NCBI GenBank assembly: GCA_963832745.1 | Contig: CAWHVC010000001.1 | Span: 576,001-640,000 of the forward strand | DNA from: Candidatus Bathyarchaeota archaeon | GTDB lineage: Archaea; Thermoproteota; Bathyarchaeia; Bathyarchaeales; Bathycorpusculaceae | Reading direction: 5' to 3' | DNA length: 64,000 nucleotides | In this document: positions 19,858 to 29,816 of the stretch, piece after piece | How positions within the stretch are numbered: position 1 is the stretch's first letter | Layout: every line of letters begins with the position of its first letter | Translations under genes and position numbers: made by a program | Notes under the pieces: generated by a model | What the model was told of the DNA's origin: nothing | What the model saw: the letters and a program-made list of their open reading frames with translations, nothing else | Database searches by the model: none

Positions 19858-20367
19858 TTGGTATTTGCAGGGATTATTTTAACTATAATCACTATGGGGC
19901 TCATTCAAAACGTAGGTTACGCCACTAACGAGTCGGTTACTCCATCACCAAATTCTCCTCAAAAAAATCTGGTAACTTCGGATTCAACAAATAATAACAA
20001 TTCAACAGGCAGTAGCAATCCAACCCCAACAAATAACATACCAACGTCTTTCCAACATAGCGACGGCATAAAAGTGTACGGTAAAGATAGCTCTATCGAG
20101 TTAGAAGGAATCGATTGGGGAAGAATCTTTATCGATATAACAAATTATTACTATATTTCAATTACAAATGTAGGCGACCAACCTGTTATCCTTGAATTGT
20201 CAGTGACAAATTGGACACCAGGCGTAAATGGAGTTGTTTACTGGAATTATAATGGCGCAACTATTCCTATCAACGGAACAGTGGCAATAACTTTATCGTT
20301 AATAATTAAAGATGCCACAACAGACACTTTCAGCAATGACATAACAATAACTTCAAAGAGCACCTAA
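19858..20367 (+). CDS. Secreted Ser/Thr/Asn-rich protein with beta-sandwich domain
   Basis: Hydrophobic N-terminus, low-complexity linker, IDWG...ITNVG...NWTP...WNY beta-rich domain. Confidence 0.6.
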   Translation: MVFAGIILTIITMGLIQNVGYATNESVTPSPNSPQKNLVTSDSTNNNNSTGSSNPTPTNNIPTSFQHSDGIKVYGKDSSIELEGIDWGRIFIDITNYYYISITNVGDQPVILELSVTNWTPGVNGVVYWNYNGATIPINGTVAITLSLIIKDATTDTFSNDITITSKST

Positions 20368-21039
20368 ATTTTCAACAAAATCTTTGAGCTTAGTAACTAA
20401 CTTTTTGTTTTGACACCGACTATTTGATAATACCATCGATAATTTAAAACGCAAATCAATAAACATTGAACACGCAAAAATACCAAGCCATATTAGGCTT
20501 GGAATTACAAGCAACACAGATATCCCGCCAGGAACCCCTAAAGCAAACCAAAACAATGGCCCAAGAGTTGCCCCAAAACAAATTATCAAAAAATAATTTT
20601 TGTTTGCAGGCTTAAAGAGCGTTTGAAGGTCACGCTGCTGATACATAACTGCTAAACTAACAAAGAATAGTGCCAATTCTATAACACTAACTGCCAAACT
20701 GCTTACAGCCAAATCAAAACCAATGGCCGTTTTAGATACTGGCCACAGAAATTCGATGCCGCCAGTAAAAAAGTCACCGACAAAAACATGACTCAAAACA
20801 GCCGCAAGATAAGGAAGCATAACTTTATTGTATTTAGCAAAAAAGGGAATCGCAAGTACACCTATCACAATAATCGAATGCGTTAAACCACGATGATTCA
20901 TAAACCCAGAAAAAAGCAGGTCCACATCAGGGATAACTGACACCGCCAAAAGCAAAGGCAAATTTATTTTAACATGCGCAAGCTTGGAAGCGCCTTTTCC
21001 AGTCAGGTACCCTAAAGCAAAGTGACCAATTGCAAACAT
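20353..21039 (-). CDS. Membrane-bound metal-dependent hydrolase (YdjM-like)
   Basis: GH...PDVD...HRGLTHS...SH..D motifs. Confidence 0.8.
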   Translation of the reverse strand: MFAIGHFALGYLTGKGASKLAHVKINLPLLLAVSVIPDVDLLFSGFMNHRGLTHSIIVIGVLAIPFFAKYNKVMLPYLAAVLSHVFVGDFFTGGIEFLWPVSKTAIGFDLAVSSLAVSVIELALFFVSLAVMYQQRDLQTLFKPANKNYFLIICFGATLGPLFWFALGVPGGISVLLVIPSLIWLGIFACSMFIDLRFKLSMVLSNSRCQNKKLVTKLKDFVENLGAL

Positions 21040-21204
21040 CTATAATAACATCTTTTTTTATTTTAAAAAACAAAATATTTACTTATAAACCCAACTAGTT
21101 TTTGTTTAAACTTCAATGGAAATTCAAAGTTGCTAACACCAAATAGCAACTTAGAAAAAATAAGGCAATTAAGGTGACTTGGAATTTTGAGGGCCAACTA
21201 CCAA

Positions 21205-22032
21205 TTAAACAGGTATCCTACTGCCATCAAAACCCAACTTTGAAATGCCAAGTTCATCCTTAATCTCGTTCAACTTCTCCACATTAAACACGGGACCATC
21301 CCGGCAGACACGATATTTACCGATGACACAACTGCCGCATAAACCGATGCCACAACGCATCAAACGCTCTAAACTTGCTTCTAAAGGCAGTTTACGTTGC
21401 TGTATGAGATCAAAGATTTTTTTAACCATCACCTCTGGACCACAAGTGTATATCATATCAAATTTTTCGCGATCCAAAAGGTCAGCTAATGGCTCGGTAA
21501 CCATACATTGTAAACCATAAGTGCCATCATCGGTTGTTGTAATGAGGCTTTTTTCTTGACAAACCTTGTTAAGCTGGTCAACAAACAAAAGTTCACTTCG
21601 AGTTTTTGCGCCCACCACAAATGATAACTTTTTGGTTTTACCCGACAAGGCTTTTGCCAAAAACAGAAGAGGCGCTGTACCTGTTCCGCCACCAACCAAT
21701 AGAACGTTCCCATGGTTATGGGTGAAACTGTTTCCAAATGGTCCACGTACTCCGATAGTTGCGCCTGCTTCCATAGAATGCAAGTGACGTGTTGCATCAC
21801 CTACTGCTTTTACGGATACACTGGTTAAGCCTTCTTCATCGGCGCTAAGTATGCTTAAGGGAATCTCATCTATTCCAGGTATCCACAGCATTATGAATTG
21901 GCCAGGTTTGGCTTTTGCACACAACTTATCTATGAACGTGTAGGTTTTAACTGATGGACTTTCAGTTACAACCTGAACAATGTTTGTAGTTCGCATGGTG
22001 TTAATCTCGGTGAGATAATCCGACAATTTCAT
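21205..22032 (-). CDS. pyrK: Dihydroorotate dehydrogenase electron transfer subunit
   Basis: PGQF, RGPFG, GGGTG, CGPE, CGIGLCGSC...C [2Fe-2S]; downstream of pyrD. Confidence 0.92.
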   Translation of the reverse strand: MKLSDYLTEINTMRTTNIVQVVTESPSVKTYTFIDKLCAKAKPGQFIMLWIPGIDEIPLSILSADEEGLTSVSVKAVGDATRHLHSMEAGATIGVRGPFGNSFTHNHGNVLLVGGGTGTAPLLFLAKALSGKTKKLSFVVGAKTRSELLFVDQLNKVCQEKSLITTTDDGTYGLQCMVTEPLADLLDREKFDMIYTCGPEVMVKKIFDLIQQRKLPLEASLERLMRCGIGLCGSCVIGKYRVCRDGPVFNVEKLNEIKDELGISKLGFDGSRIPV

Positions 22033-22925
22033 TTACACTCCCAAAATGTTTTTTTCTCAAATAAACTTCGATACCCCGATTTATTGAATCAAAAACCTCA
22101 GGACTTATCAAAAGCGATGGCCGTACCGACTTGCATTGCGTTAGCTCCAGCTAAAAAGAACTCAACCGCATCCTGCCAACTGCTGATTCCGCCACACCCA
22201 ATAATGGGTACATCCGGAAGTTTTTCTCGAATATCATAAACACAGCGCAAAGCAACAGGTTTCATCGCTGGACCTGATAAACCACCTTTAATGTTGCTTA
22301 AGACTGGTTTTGTTGTTTCAGTGTCGATGGCGATTGCCCGCAGGGTGTTTACTGCGGTTAACGCGTCCGCGCCTGCCTTTGCTGCAGTACTTGCTAAATG
22401 TACAATGTCAGTCACGTTTGGGGAAAGCTTAACAAAAACAGGCACTTTAACTGCATCTTTTACTACTTTAACTACTTCCGAGAGCAGGTTAGGGTTTTGA
22501 CCAATTTCTGAACCTGTTTGTTTAACATGCGGACAGGACACGTTAAGCTCTAAAGCGTCTGCGCCTGCTTCTTCAGCTTTCTTTGCTACTGCCAAGTATT
22601 CTTCGGCTGAATAGCCAAAAATGCTCACGATTAACGGTTGATGAATTAGGGTTTTTGTGTAACTGATTTCTTCAGCATAATCATTTATGCCGGGGTTTGG
22701 TAAGCCCATAGCGTTAATTAAACCGCTTTTTGCTTGGACCACCGTTGGGTTAGCATACCCAGTTCTTGGTTGGAGACCCACGGATTTTGTTACGACGGCT
22801 CCTGCGCCGCCTTTTATTATTCTATGCATGGATTCAGCTGAGTAACCTAAAACTCCTGAAGCCAGCATACATGGAAAATCAAGGTTTAAACCGGCTATCG
22901 TTGTGCTTAACAGGCTGCTTTCCAA
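22001..22925 (-). CDS. pyrD: Dihydroorotate dehydrogenase 1B catalytic subunit; 1-nt insertion near 22106
   Basis: NAMGLPNPG, ELNVSCPH, KLSPN, GGLSG; the +1 frame gives SPEVFDSINRGI...EIVGLSHRD stop at 22001. Confidence 0.92.
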
Positions 22926-23473
22926 ACAAACTTCACCTCTTCAATAATCAACTATTCTAGTTTACATTATAGGAGATAAAGTTTCGTCAGGGCACTGAAC
23001 AGGCACAGCAAAGAAAAAGCCAAATCTATCAGCCCTTCACTGCTTTTTTGATGCCGTGCTTACTTTGGTTGCAGCGTACGTCAGAAAGAGTAATGGGTGT
23101 CGGTTAAAGTCAAGTAAAGTCATTTAAAGCATTGAAAAGAGTTGATTAGTAAAATGCATTTTGTACTCTATCATAGCCCATCAAAAACCGCATAAACTTT
23201 CTGGCGTTCCATACTTCAACAGCCAAAATAGCAGCAAAATAAATGTGTCAAAAACTCTGCAGATAATGGGTAAGTTCCGAACTTGAGTATACTTTGGCAG
23301 TTATCTTGACCATTGGCACCTGCCTGCCTTTAGGTGCAGTGCTTTGATTGGGTATTAAGCTCTGAACAGTTGCCTTTTTCTTGTTTTTAGCTGGTTGTTT
23401 GATGGAGCAACATTTTTAAATAAAAGTAAATAATTATGTGTTTATAATAAAGCGATAAAGCAGTTGGTAACCA

Positions 23474-23968
23474 ATGAGACAAACGTTCACAATAACATCA
23501 CCCCTAAGCCAGACACAAAAAACCGTCTGGCAAATGATAACCCAAGGATTACCAATAACAACAATAGCAGAAAAACTCCATACCACCCGCCAATTCGTAA
23601 ACCAAACAAAAATCTCTGCAGAAGCAAAACTCTCCACAACCTTAATGGATATAGCTCAAGCAAACGATTTCCAAGTCACCAAACTGTACTCCCAACAAGG
23701 CATGCTCTTAGGCTACCATCCTGTACTGAAACGCAAGGCTATTCTCACGTACAGCACCAATTATGGCATAAAAGTGTGGTACTGGCACAACAACGCCGAA
23801 GAAGTAACAAACCAAGAATTCCTCCACCAAACACGCGTATACCTGCTCGATGTTGCCAAAGAAAGAGGCTTAGAAATAGAAAACGCAGAAAAAATGCACC
23901 CTGCCAAACTGGCGACCATAATTTTTTCCAAACTGATGCCTGACGCAGGCCTAGGTGACCAACAATGA
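23474..23968 (+). CDS. HTH-containing putative transcription regulator
   Basis: N-terminal LSQTQ...IAEKLHTTRQFV helix-turn-helix; leads an overlapping gene run. Confidence 0.6.
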   Translation: MRQTFTITSPLSQTQKTVWQMITQGLPITTIAEKLHTTRQFVNQTKISAEAKLSTTLMDIAQANDFQVTKLYSQQGMLLGYHPVLKRKAILTYSTNYGIKVWYWHNNAEEVTNQEFLHQTRVYLLDVAKERGLEIENAEKMHPAKLATIIFSKLMPDAGLGDQQ

Positions 23969-24903
23969 CCAACCAAGCACACGTTTTAGGCTGCTTACGA
24001 AAACCCGCCTTGCCAGTGTTTTGCGCGTTGCTTTGCATGCTTCCTCTCCTATTTTCCACTCCTGCAGGCGCGAATAATTCTTTTCCATCAACGTTTCACG
24101 TCACCTTCCAAGGTCACCATTCATCATCAGAGCCAAACCCAGATGGCTCGACACCAAGTCTGTGGGTACGATTTTTGAACGGAACCGACTGTTTTCCTAA
24201 AACAGTGAATGTTACTTTCTCTATGGAAGAATCCTCTGAAGGCGAATACACTGTCAAGTTTATGCTCGCCTTTGACGGTTTTTACAAGGAAGTGTCTCTG
24301 CCGGCCACTGCTTCAAATGGTCGTGTTCTCATAGATTCGACTCCAACAATATTTGTTGTAGACCCAGCTTCTTTAGTTGATAATAACACTATTCAACTCT
24401 TCCAAACAGAAGACCTAACTTTGTCTGGCACTGTCCTCATGGATGGACAACCATCAACTTTAATTAATGATTATCGTGTAGCTTCAAAAGTAGTTCAGGC
24501 TTCCTATCAGCGACCTGACTCATCGGAACTATCATTGCCTGGAGCTCTAGTGTTTGGATCCACTCATTTGTTTTTTGATCCAAAAAATGGTGTAATGACT
24601 CACGCTCCCACCAAATTTAGTGACATTCTCTTAAACAAGTTAGGCGTAATGTGTATTGTTGATGGCATTTTTGATTTGGTGGATTATTCAGAAAACTTGG
24701 ATTTTACTTTAGTCCGCCCTTCGTCTCCACTTTGGCAGCTTATTACAATACCTGTAGCTGTCATACTACTTGTCTTAGTGGTGTTTTTCGCTTACAGATA
24801 TTCAAAGAAGAAAAAGAGCGGCAGATCAAAAACCAACTCCAAATTTCTAAAAATCCACCGCGCTTGTACATCAAAAGAGGAGTGTTTATATTATGAGTTC
24901 TAA
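23965..24903 (+). CDS. Secreted protein with C-terminal TM anchor
   Basis: Signal peptide, C-terminal TM followed by a Lys-rich tail. Confidence 0.65.
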   Translation: MTNQAHVLGCLRKPALPVFCALLCMLPLLFSTPAGANNSFPSTFHVTFQGHHSSSEPNPDGSTPSLWVRFLNGTDCFPKTVNVTFSMEESSEGEYTVKFMLAFDGFYKEVSLPATASNGRVLIDSTPTIFVVDPASLVDNNTIQLFQTEDLTLSGTVLMDGQPSTLINDYRVASKVVQASYQRPDSSELSLPGALVFGSTHLFFDPKNGVMTHAPTKFSDILLNKLGVMCIVDGIFDLVDYSENLDFTLVRPSSPLWQLITIPVAVILLVLVVFFAYRYSKKKKSGRSKTNSKFLKIHRACTSKEECLYYEF

Positions 24904-25820
24904 ATTTATTGGCGAATTTAAATCCGTGACAAAACGATTTGGCGCTACAACTGTCACTTAATGGTCTTAGCCTGAAAATATGTCGAGGCATCAATGGGTT
25001 AATTGGTCCAAATGGCGCAGGTAAAACAACAGCGATCCGGTTAAGTTTAGGGTTAATCAAGTCTAATGCTGGAAAAGCAGAATTGTTTGGGTTTGATTGC
25101 TGGAGTGATTCTTGTGCTATTCGCCGTAAAGTGGGCGTTTTGTACGAAAAGCTTGCCTTTTATGACCACCTGTCAGGTCTTGAACAGTTAAAGTTAATGG
25201 CTAAATTGAAGGGTGCGTCTGAGTCTTTAGTTGAGCTAAAGGAGCTTTTGAGGCTTGTTGAGCTTGACGAGGAGGCTCATGACCGACGCATTGGCGGGTA
25301 CTCGGCGGGGATGCGTCAAAGACTTGGTTTAGCACAGGCTTTTTTGGGTAATCCGGAGCTTGTGATGCTTGATGAACCAACTTCAAATTTAGACCCGTTG
25401 AATCGTACAAAAATTCTTGAGTTAATTACTTTTTTGAATAAAGAAAAAGACACTTCTTTTTTGATTTCAAGCCACATTTTGCCTGAGCTTGAAGAGGTGT
25501 GTGATAACTTCATTTTAATGAATAAGGGTAAACTGTTACGTCAAGGGGATTTAGAGCAAATGATTGACAAAACTTCTACAACAGAATTCATTGTTAAGGC
25601 ACAGCCTATTGGGTCGGTGGCGGCTCTTTTGAAAAGTGAGGCGTATATTGAGGATTTGTCGATAACTGAAGATGCATTGCATATTTCTGTGCATGATGTT
25701 GGCTTGTTTAAGCAGCGTTTACCTTTGCTTATAGGCCAAGCGGGCGCGTCTTTGGATGAAGTGAAGATGGTCAAGTCTGATTTAGCGTCAGTTTTCAAGT
25801 CGGTTGTTGAGGAGGCTTAA
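24893..25820 (+). CDS. ABC exporter ATP-binding protein; 1-nt insertion near 24954
   Basis: GPNGAGKTT, YSAGMRQR, LDEPT, SSH; ATG 24893 after GAGGAG gives KRFGATTALNGLSL once one base is removed. Confidence 0.9.
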
Positions 25821-25823
25821 CGG

Positions 25824-26657
25824 TTGTCTGTTCGAGCGGGTTTAGCTTTGTTAAAGGCTGAATTGGGGAAAGTTTGGGGCAGACCCATATTGGAGATTAC
25901 TGTTGCTCTTATGGCGGTAATGACTATTGTTTCGGTAAGACCTCTTTCGGAGATTGTTCTGCACGCGGATTTTCCAGCTGCTTTTCAATCTGCGATAACA
26001 GGGAGCGTAGGCGCTACTGTAGCTTCGTTGATGTTGCCGTGGGTTATTATGTGTGGGGTTTTGATGGCTTTGTCTTTTGCTAGGGATTATGAGCAGGGGT
26101 TGATGCAGTCGCTTTTATCTGTTCCAGTATCTCGCAGATTGTTTTTTACGGTAAAGTTTGTTGCTGTAATTTTACCCTTAGCTTTGCTTTCTTGGGGGTT
26201 TACTACTTTTTTTGTGGGCATGACTTTTTATTCAAGTCCTTGGCTTGTTTTGCAGCTTTCCTTTTTTGCTTTACCTGTTTCATTTTTATCTCTGATGTTT
26301 TGTGGAGGTATAAGCGTTTTAATTGCTTTAACGATAAAGCGCACTATTCCATCAGTGCTGACTGCATTGCTTGCAAACTTGTTCTTCTGGTTTCCAACAA
26401 CTATATCCACTAGCACTGCACTGTGGGAGGGGAACAGTTATGCTAATTATTTGTGTTTAACGCCCTACAAGGGGGCTTTGGTTTTTTTGGACAAACTGCT
26501 TGGCGTAGTCCCTAAAGCTTTATCGCCATCAATGGCAGATGCGCTTGAGTATACTCTTCCAGGAAGCAGTTTTGGTGTTTTACTGGTTTTTTATGCGTGC
26601 GTTTTGGTAATTCCAATGTTTGTTTATTTTTATCGGAGGTTTGAAATATGCGAATAA
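25824..26657 (+). CDS. ABC-2 type transporter permease
   Basis: Six TM segments; RDYEQG...LLSVPVSR...KF motif. Confidence 0.85.
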   Translation: MSVRAGLALLKAELGKVWGRPILEITVALMAVMTIVSVRPLSEIVLHADFPAAFQSAITGSVGATVASLMLPWVIMCGVLMALSFARDYEQGLMQSLLSVPVSRRLFFTVKFVAVILPLALLSWGFTTFFVGMTFYSSPWLVLQLSFFALPVSFLSLMFCGGISVLIALTIKRTIPSVLTALLANLFFWFPTTISTSTALWEGNSYANYLCLTPYKGALVFLDKLLGVVPKALSPSMADALEYTLPGSSFGVLLVFYACVLVIPMFVYFYRRFEICE

Positions 26658-27332
26658 ACTTTGCAAGATTTGGAAATTTTACACGACTTGGTTTAATCTT
26701 GATAATCATAGGAGCAGTTTTACTGTTTAATCTTTGGACTGCTTCTCTTCCCTGGTCTTCAAAAATGGGTTCTGGCTATATTAATCCAGATGAAACTTTG
26801 AGCTATGGTTTATTTATGGCGCCGGTTGGTTTAGGAAATCTTGTCATAGAAAGTGATACTTTGGTGGCACCGACGCCTCCGCCAAACGCTAATGCTAGCA
26901 GCGGTCCGATTCGAGTTGATGGGTCTCCGACACGCGTCGAGTTTGAGGCACCTGCGCATTTAGTGGTTGTTAATCCCTCAAATGTAGCTTTAGTTGATGA
27001 GGAAATTGTTACTCCGCATACTATTTCAACTAGATTTCAAAGAACGAGGCGAATACATTGTTCATGGAACAAACATGGGCAATGAAAGTTATCCCATTTC
27101 AGTTAGCCTAAAGTTTCCACAGGATAGTGATGTTGAAAATAGAGAAGCAGACAAGTTTCTTGTTAGCCTAGTTTTAACGGTAAGTGGAGTGGGGCTTTTC
27201 TGTTTGGGTGAAAGTGCGTCTTTATTATTAAAGCTAAAAAGAGACAACACCAAAAAAGTCAAAACAGTTAGCTCACCGCAAAGACCCTGCCCTAATAACG
27301 TAGAAAAACAAAATGGAAGTGTAAAACCATGA
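26648..27332 (+). CDS. Two-TM membrane protein, frameshifted near 27025
   Basis: ORFs 26648-27085 and 26994-27332 join on removing one T (HTIQLDFKERGEYIV). Confidence 0.6.
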
Positions 27333-27453
27333 AACACCTCATACCTATTACCACCAAGGCAGGCTCCCACAAGACCCCTATATTCCAAGCCACCTAAATT
27401 TTGCCTCCAATAACAGCCAAACAACAAAGCAAAAATTATTACTGTCAACTCTG

Positions 27454-28011
27454 TTGCTGATTGGCTTCATGTGTTTTCTGGCTGTTTTGGCAATGCAATC
27501 CACTAGTGAGATTTGTGATAAATCTTTAGTCATAAATGCTAACGAGCGGAATTCACCTATGTATATAGGAGGCGGATATGGCACAGAATCTTCTTATGAT
27601 AAGCCACCAACTCAAGAAGGCAAAATCACAGTTAATGGAGGACCAGTTGAGTTCACTATTATCAGCACAGAACAGATAACAAAAACGTTTTTCAACAATG
27701 GTCGATTGGTAAACTGCACCGTTAACTCACCTGACCCAAACGATCGTCATCAAATAATTAACACAACAATCGAAGGTACATACACTTTCAGGATTCCGGC
27801 GAATGGGGATTATGAATATATTTTCCAGAATTCAGGCAGCCAACAAGCAACGGTTGACTTCAATTTGACAGTAACATGGACATTCATGATTCCGCTGATA
27901 ATTGGTTTAGGTATACTGTTAGTTACTGCTCTTCCAGGAACAATTCTGATTGTAAGTGGACGCAGAAACAAGAAAGCAATCGCCCAGACACCGTTTAAAC
28001 AGCCAAATTAG
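27454..28011 (+). CDS. Membrane-anchored beta-sandwich protein
   Basis: N- and C-terminal hydrophobic helices flanking FRIPANGDYEYIFQN; start uncertain. Confidence 0.55.
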   Translation: MLIGFMCFLAVLAMQSTSEICDKSLVINANERNSPMYIGGGYGTESSYDKPPTQEGKITVNGGPVEFTIISTEQITKTFFNNGRLVNCTVNSPDPNDRHQIINTTIEGTYTFRIPANGDYEYIFQNSGSQQATVDFNLTVTWTFMIPLIIGLGILLVTALPGTILIVSGRRNKKAIAQTPFKQPN

Positions 28012-28047
28012 CGCCTGCCTTTTTAACTATAAAAAGCGGGGCATGAG

Positions 28048-28272
28048 CTATTTTTTAAAGACACTTCTTCTTAGGCCGTTGTCAGGCTCTTCTTCTCCGC
28101 CAAGTAAAACCCGTAGTGATTTTACTTCATCCCGCAACATCGAGATTTCGCTTTCTAAAGCTTTAGCCTTTGCATCAGCCATACGTTTAAGCTCTTCAAT
28201 TTCTATCAGCAGGTTTTTTCTCTCGGTTTCTAAAGTTTTTATTCGCTCCACTGTAGCTTTAAAACTACTCAA
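28048..28272 (-). CDS. Small coiled-coil protein
   Basis: Continuous heptad pattern; TTG at 28272 after GAGAGG. Confidence 0.6.
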   Translation of the reverse strand: MSSFKATVERIKTLETERKNLLIEIEELKRMADAKAKALESEISMLRDEVKSLRVLLGGEEEPDNGLRRSVFKK

Positions 28273-28466
28273 ATACCTCTCCCCTAACGAGTTACAGGTT
28301 GTTTTTTGCACTTAAACCTTTTCAAACGCACATTTTTTACTTTATTAAGACTCAGCAGATTCATGAATAAAAAGGCATATCGCAAATTCTGACTGGTCGT
28401 TAGCAGACATAGATGCTATTTTTATATAAGAACAGGTAATTTAACATTGAACTTAAAGCTCTTATC

Positions 28467-29807
28467 TTGTTGGACTGTGTCTGGATGAGAAAGACCATAT
28501 TCAAAAAGCTTGAAGCACAAGGGCTAATTGCTAATTACAACAGACTACGTAAGAATCTGCCGCCTAAACTTCCAGAACGCATCTTCATCTGGGATGAAAC
28601 CTTCCGTGAAGGAATCAAGGCTCCAACAGTCTACTTAACCTATGTAGAACAAGTAAAACTTGCAAAACTGATGGATGAAGCAGGCGTAGCAATAATCAAC
28701 GTTGGTTTCCCAGCTCTTTCAGAAGAAGAGAAACGCAATGTTAGCAGAATAGTTAACGAAAGCTTTGAGCATGCAAAACTTACCGCTTCCGCTGAACCAA
28801 CCAAACCAAGCATCGACGCTTGCCTGGAATGCGGTATTAAAGAAGTCACCCTCGAAGCACCTATCAACGGGTTAAACTTACAATACAGGTATAAAATAAC
28901 AAAAGAACAAGCACTGAAAAGAATAGTCGACTCTATCGCTTACTGCAAAAAACATGGAGCAAACGTTAACTTCATGCTTATGGACGGCACAAGAACCACC
29001 ATTGAAGACATACTACAAGTGTTTCAGCAAGCAGCAGACGCTGGAGCAAACAGACTTGGCCTTGCTGACTCTGTCGGGTTCATCAGACCCCTCTCAATGA
29101 GATACTTAATGTCCCACATACGTGACGGTTTACCAGATTCTATCAAAAAGAAAATCCCAATTTCAATACACTGCCACAACGATTTTGGTCTAGCATCAGC
29201 AAACACCTTAGCAGCCATGGAAGAAGGAACATCCTACGTTCACACATGCATTGCAGGTTTTGGCGAACGCGCCGGAATTGCACCTTTTGAAGAAGTCGTA
29301 ACCTGCGCCGAATTACTCTACAACATTGACACAGGCATTGACATGGGCAAAATCTCAAGAATCTCACAGTCAGCCGAAAAAGCCTTCGCATTACCAATCC
29401 AGTTCCATAAACCAATCATCGGCGAAAACATTTTTGCACACGAAGTAGAAGAAGAAGTCGAAGAAATGATGGCTCACCCCCTAGTTTTTGAGCCATTCCC
29501 ACCTGAAATCGTTGGACGAGAAACCACAGTTTTCGTAGGCAGAAACACTGGTCAAAACTTGATTCAGGAAATGCTAGAAAAAGCTGGAATCAGAGCTTCA
29601 CCACGACAAATGGATGAACTTTTCAGACGCATTAAAGGCCCACATGAAGGATTAGATAAAGGCGAAGCCCAAATGACCTACTACCAAGTAAAGAAGCTAA
29701 TGAAGGACCTTCAGAAAGGGTACACAATGGATGAGTTCTGGCGCCTGGTAGAACAAGTAACACGACAAAAACCAAGGATGTCCTCTGACAAGAAGGCATC
29801 ACCCTAA
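28467..29807 (+). CDS. Isopropylmalate/homocitrate synthase-like DRE-TIM protein with divergent active site
   Basis: DETFREG, LADSVG, IHCHNDFGLA, GFGERAG, KPIIGENIFAHE. Confidence 0.8.
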   Translation: MLDCVWMRKTIFKKLEAQGLIANYNRLRKNLPPKLPERIFIWDETFREGIKAPTVYLTYVEQVKLAKLMDEAGVAIINVGFPALSEEEKRNVSRIVNESFEHAKLTASAEPTKPSIDACLECGIKEVTLEAPINGLNLQYRYKITKEQALKRIVDSIAYCKKHGANVNFMLMDGTRTTIEDILQVFQQAADAGANRLGLADSVGFIRPLSMRYLMSHIRDGLPDSIKKKIPISIHCHNDFGLASANTLAAMEEGTSYVHTCIAGFGERAGIAPFEEVVTCAELLYNIDTGIDMGKISRISQSAEKAFALPIQFHKPIIGENIFAHEVEEEVEEMMAHPLVFEPFPPEIVGRETTVFVGRNTGQNLIQEMLEKAGIRASPRQMDELFRRIKGPHEGLDKGEAQMTYYQVKKLMKDLQKGYTMDEFWRLVEQVTRQKPRMSSDKKASP

Positions 29808-29816
29808 AACGCTTTT

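Noticed and set aside
22095-22110. Programmed +1 frameshifting at stop codons: pyrD has TCC-TGA (antizyme-like), and the GT2, ABC and GT-C breaks also lie next to stops
   Set aside because: Deleting one upstream base restores better consensus residues (SPEVF in PyrD, TALNGL in the ABC ATPase). Other breaks (27025, 31952, 43886) are far from stops, and five in one gene point to sequencing error.
22930-23470. 540-bp gap that could hold an ncRNA or a gene remnant
   Set aside because: No convincing ORF, tRNA fold or stable structure seen; only a short hydrophobic reading (ELEYTLAVILTIG) that is too weak to call
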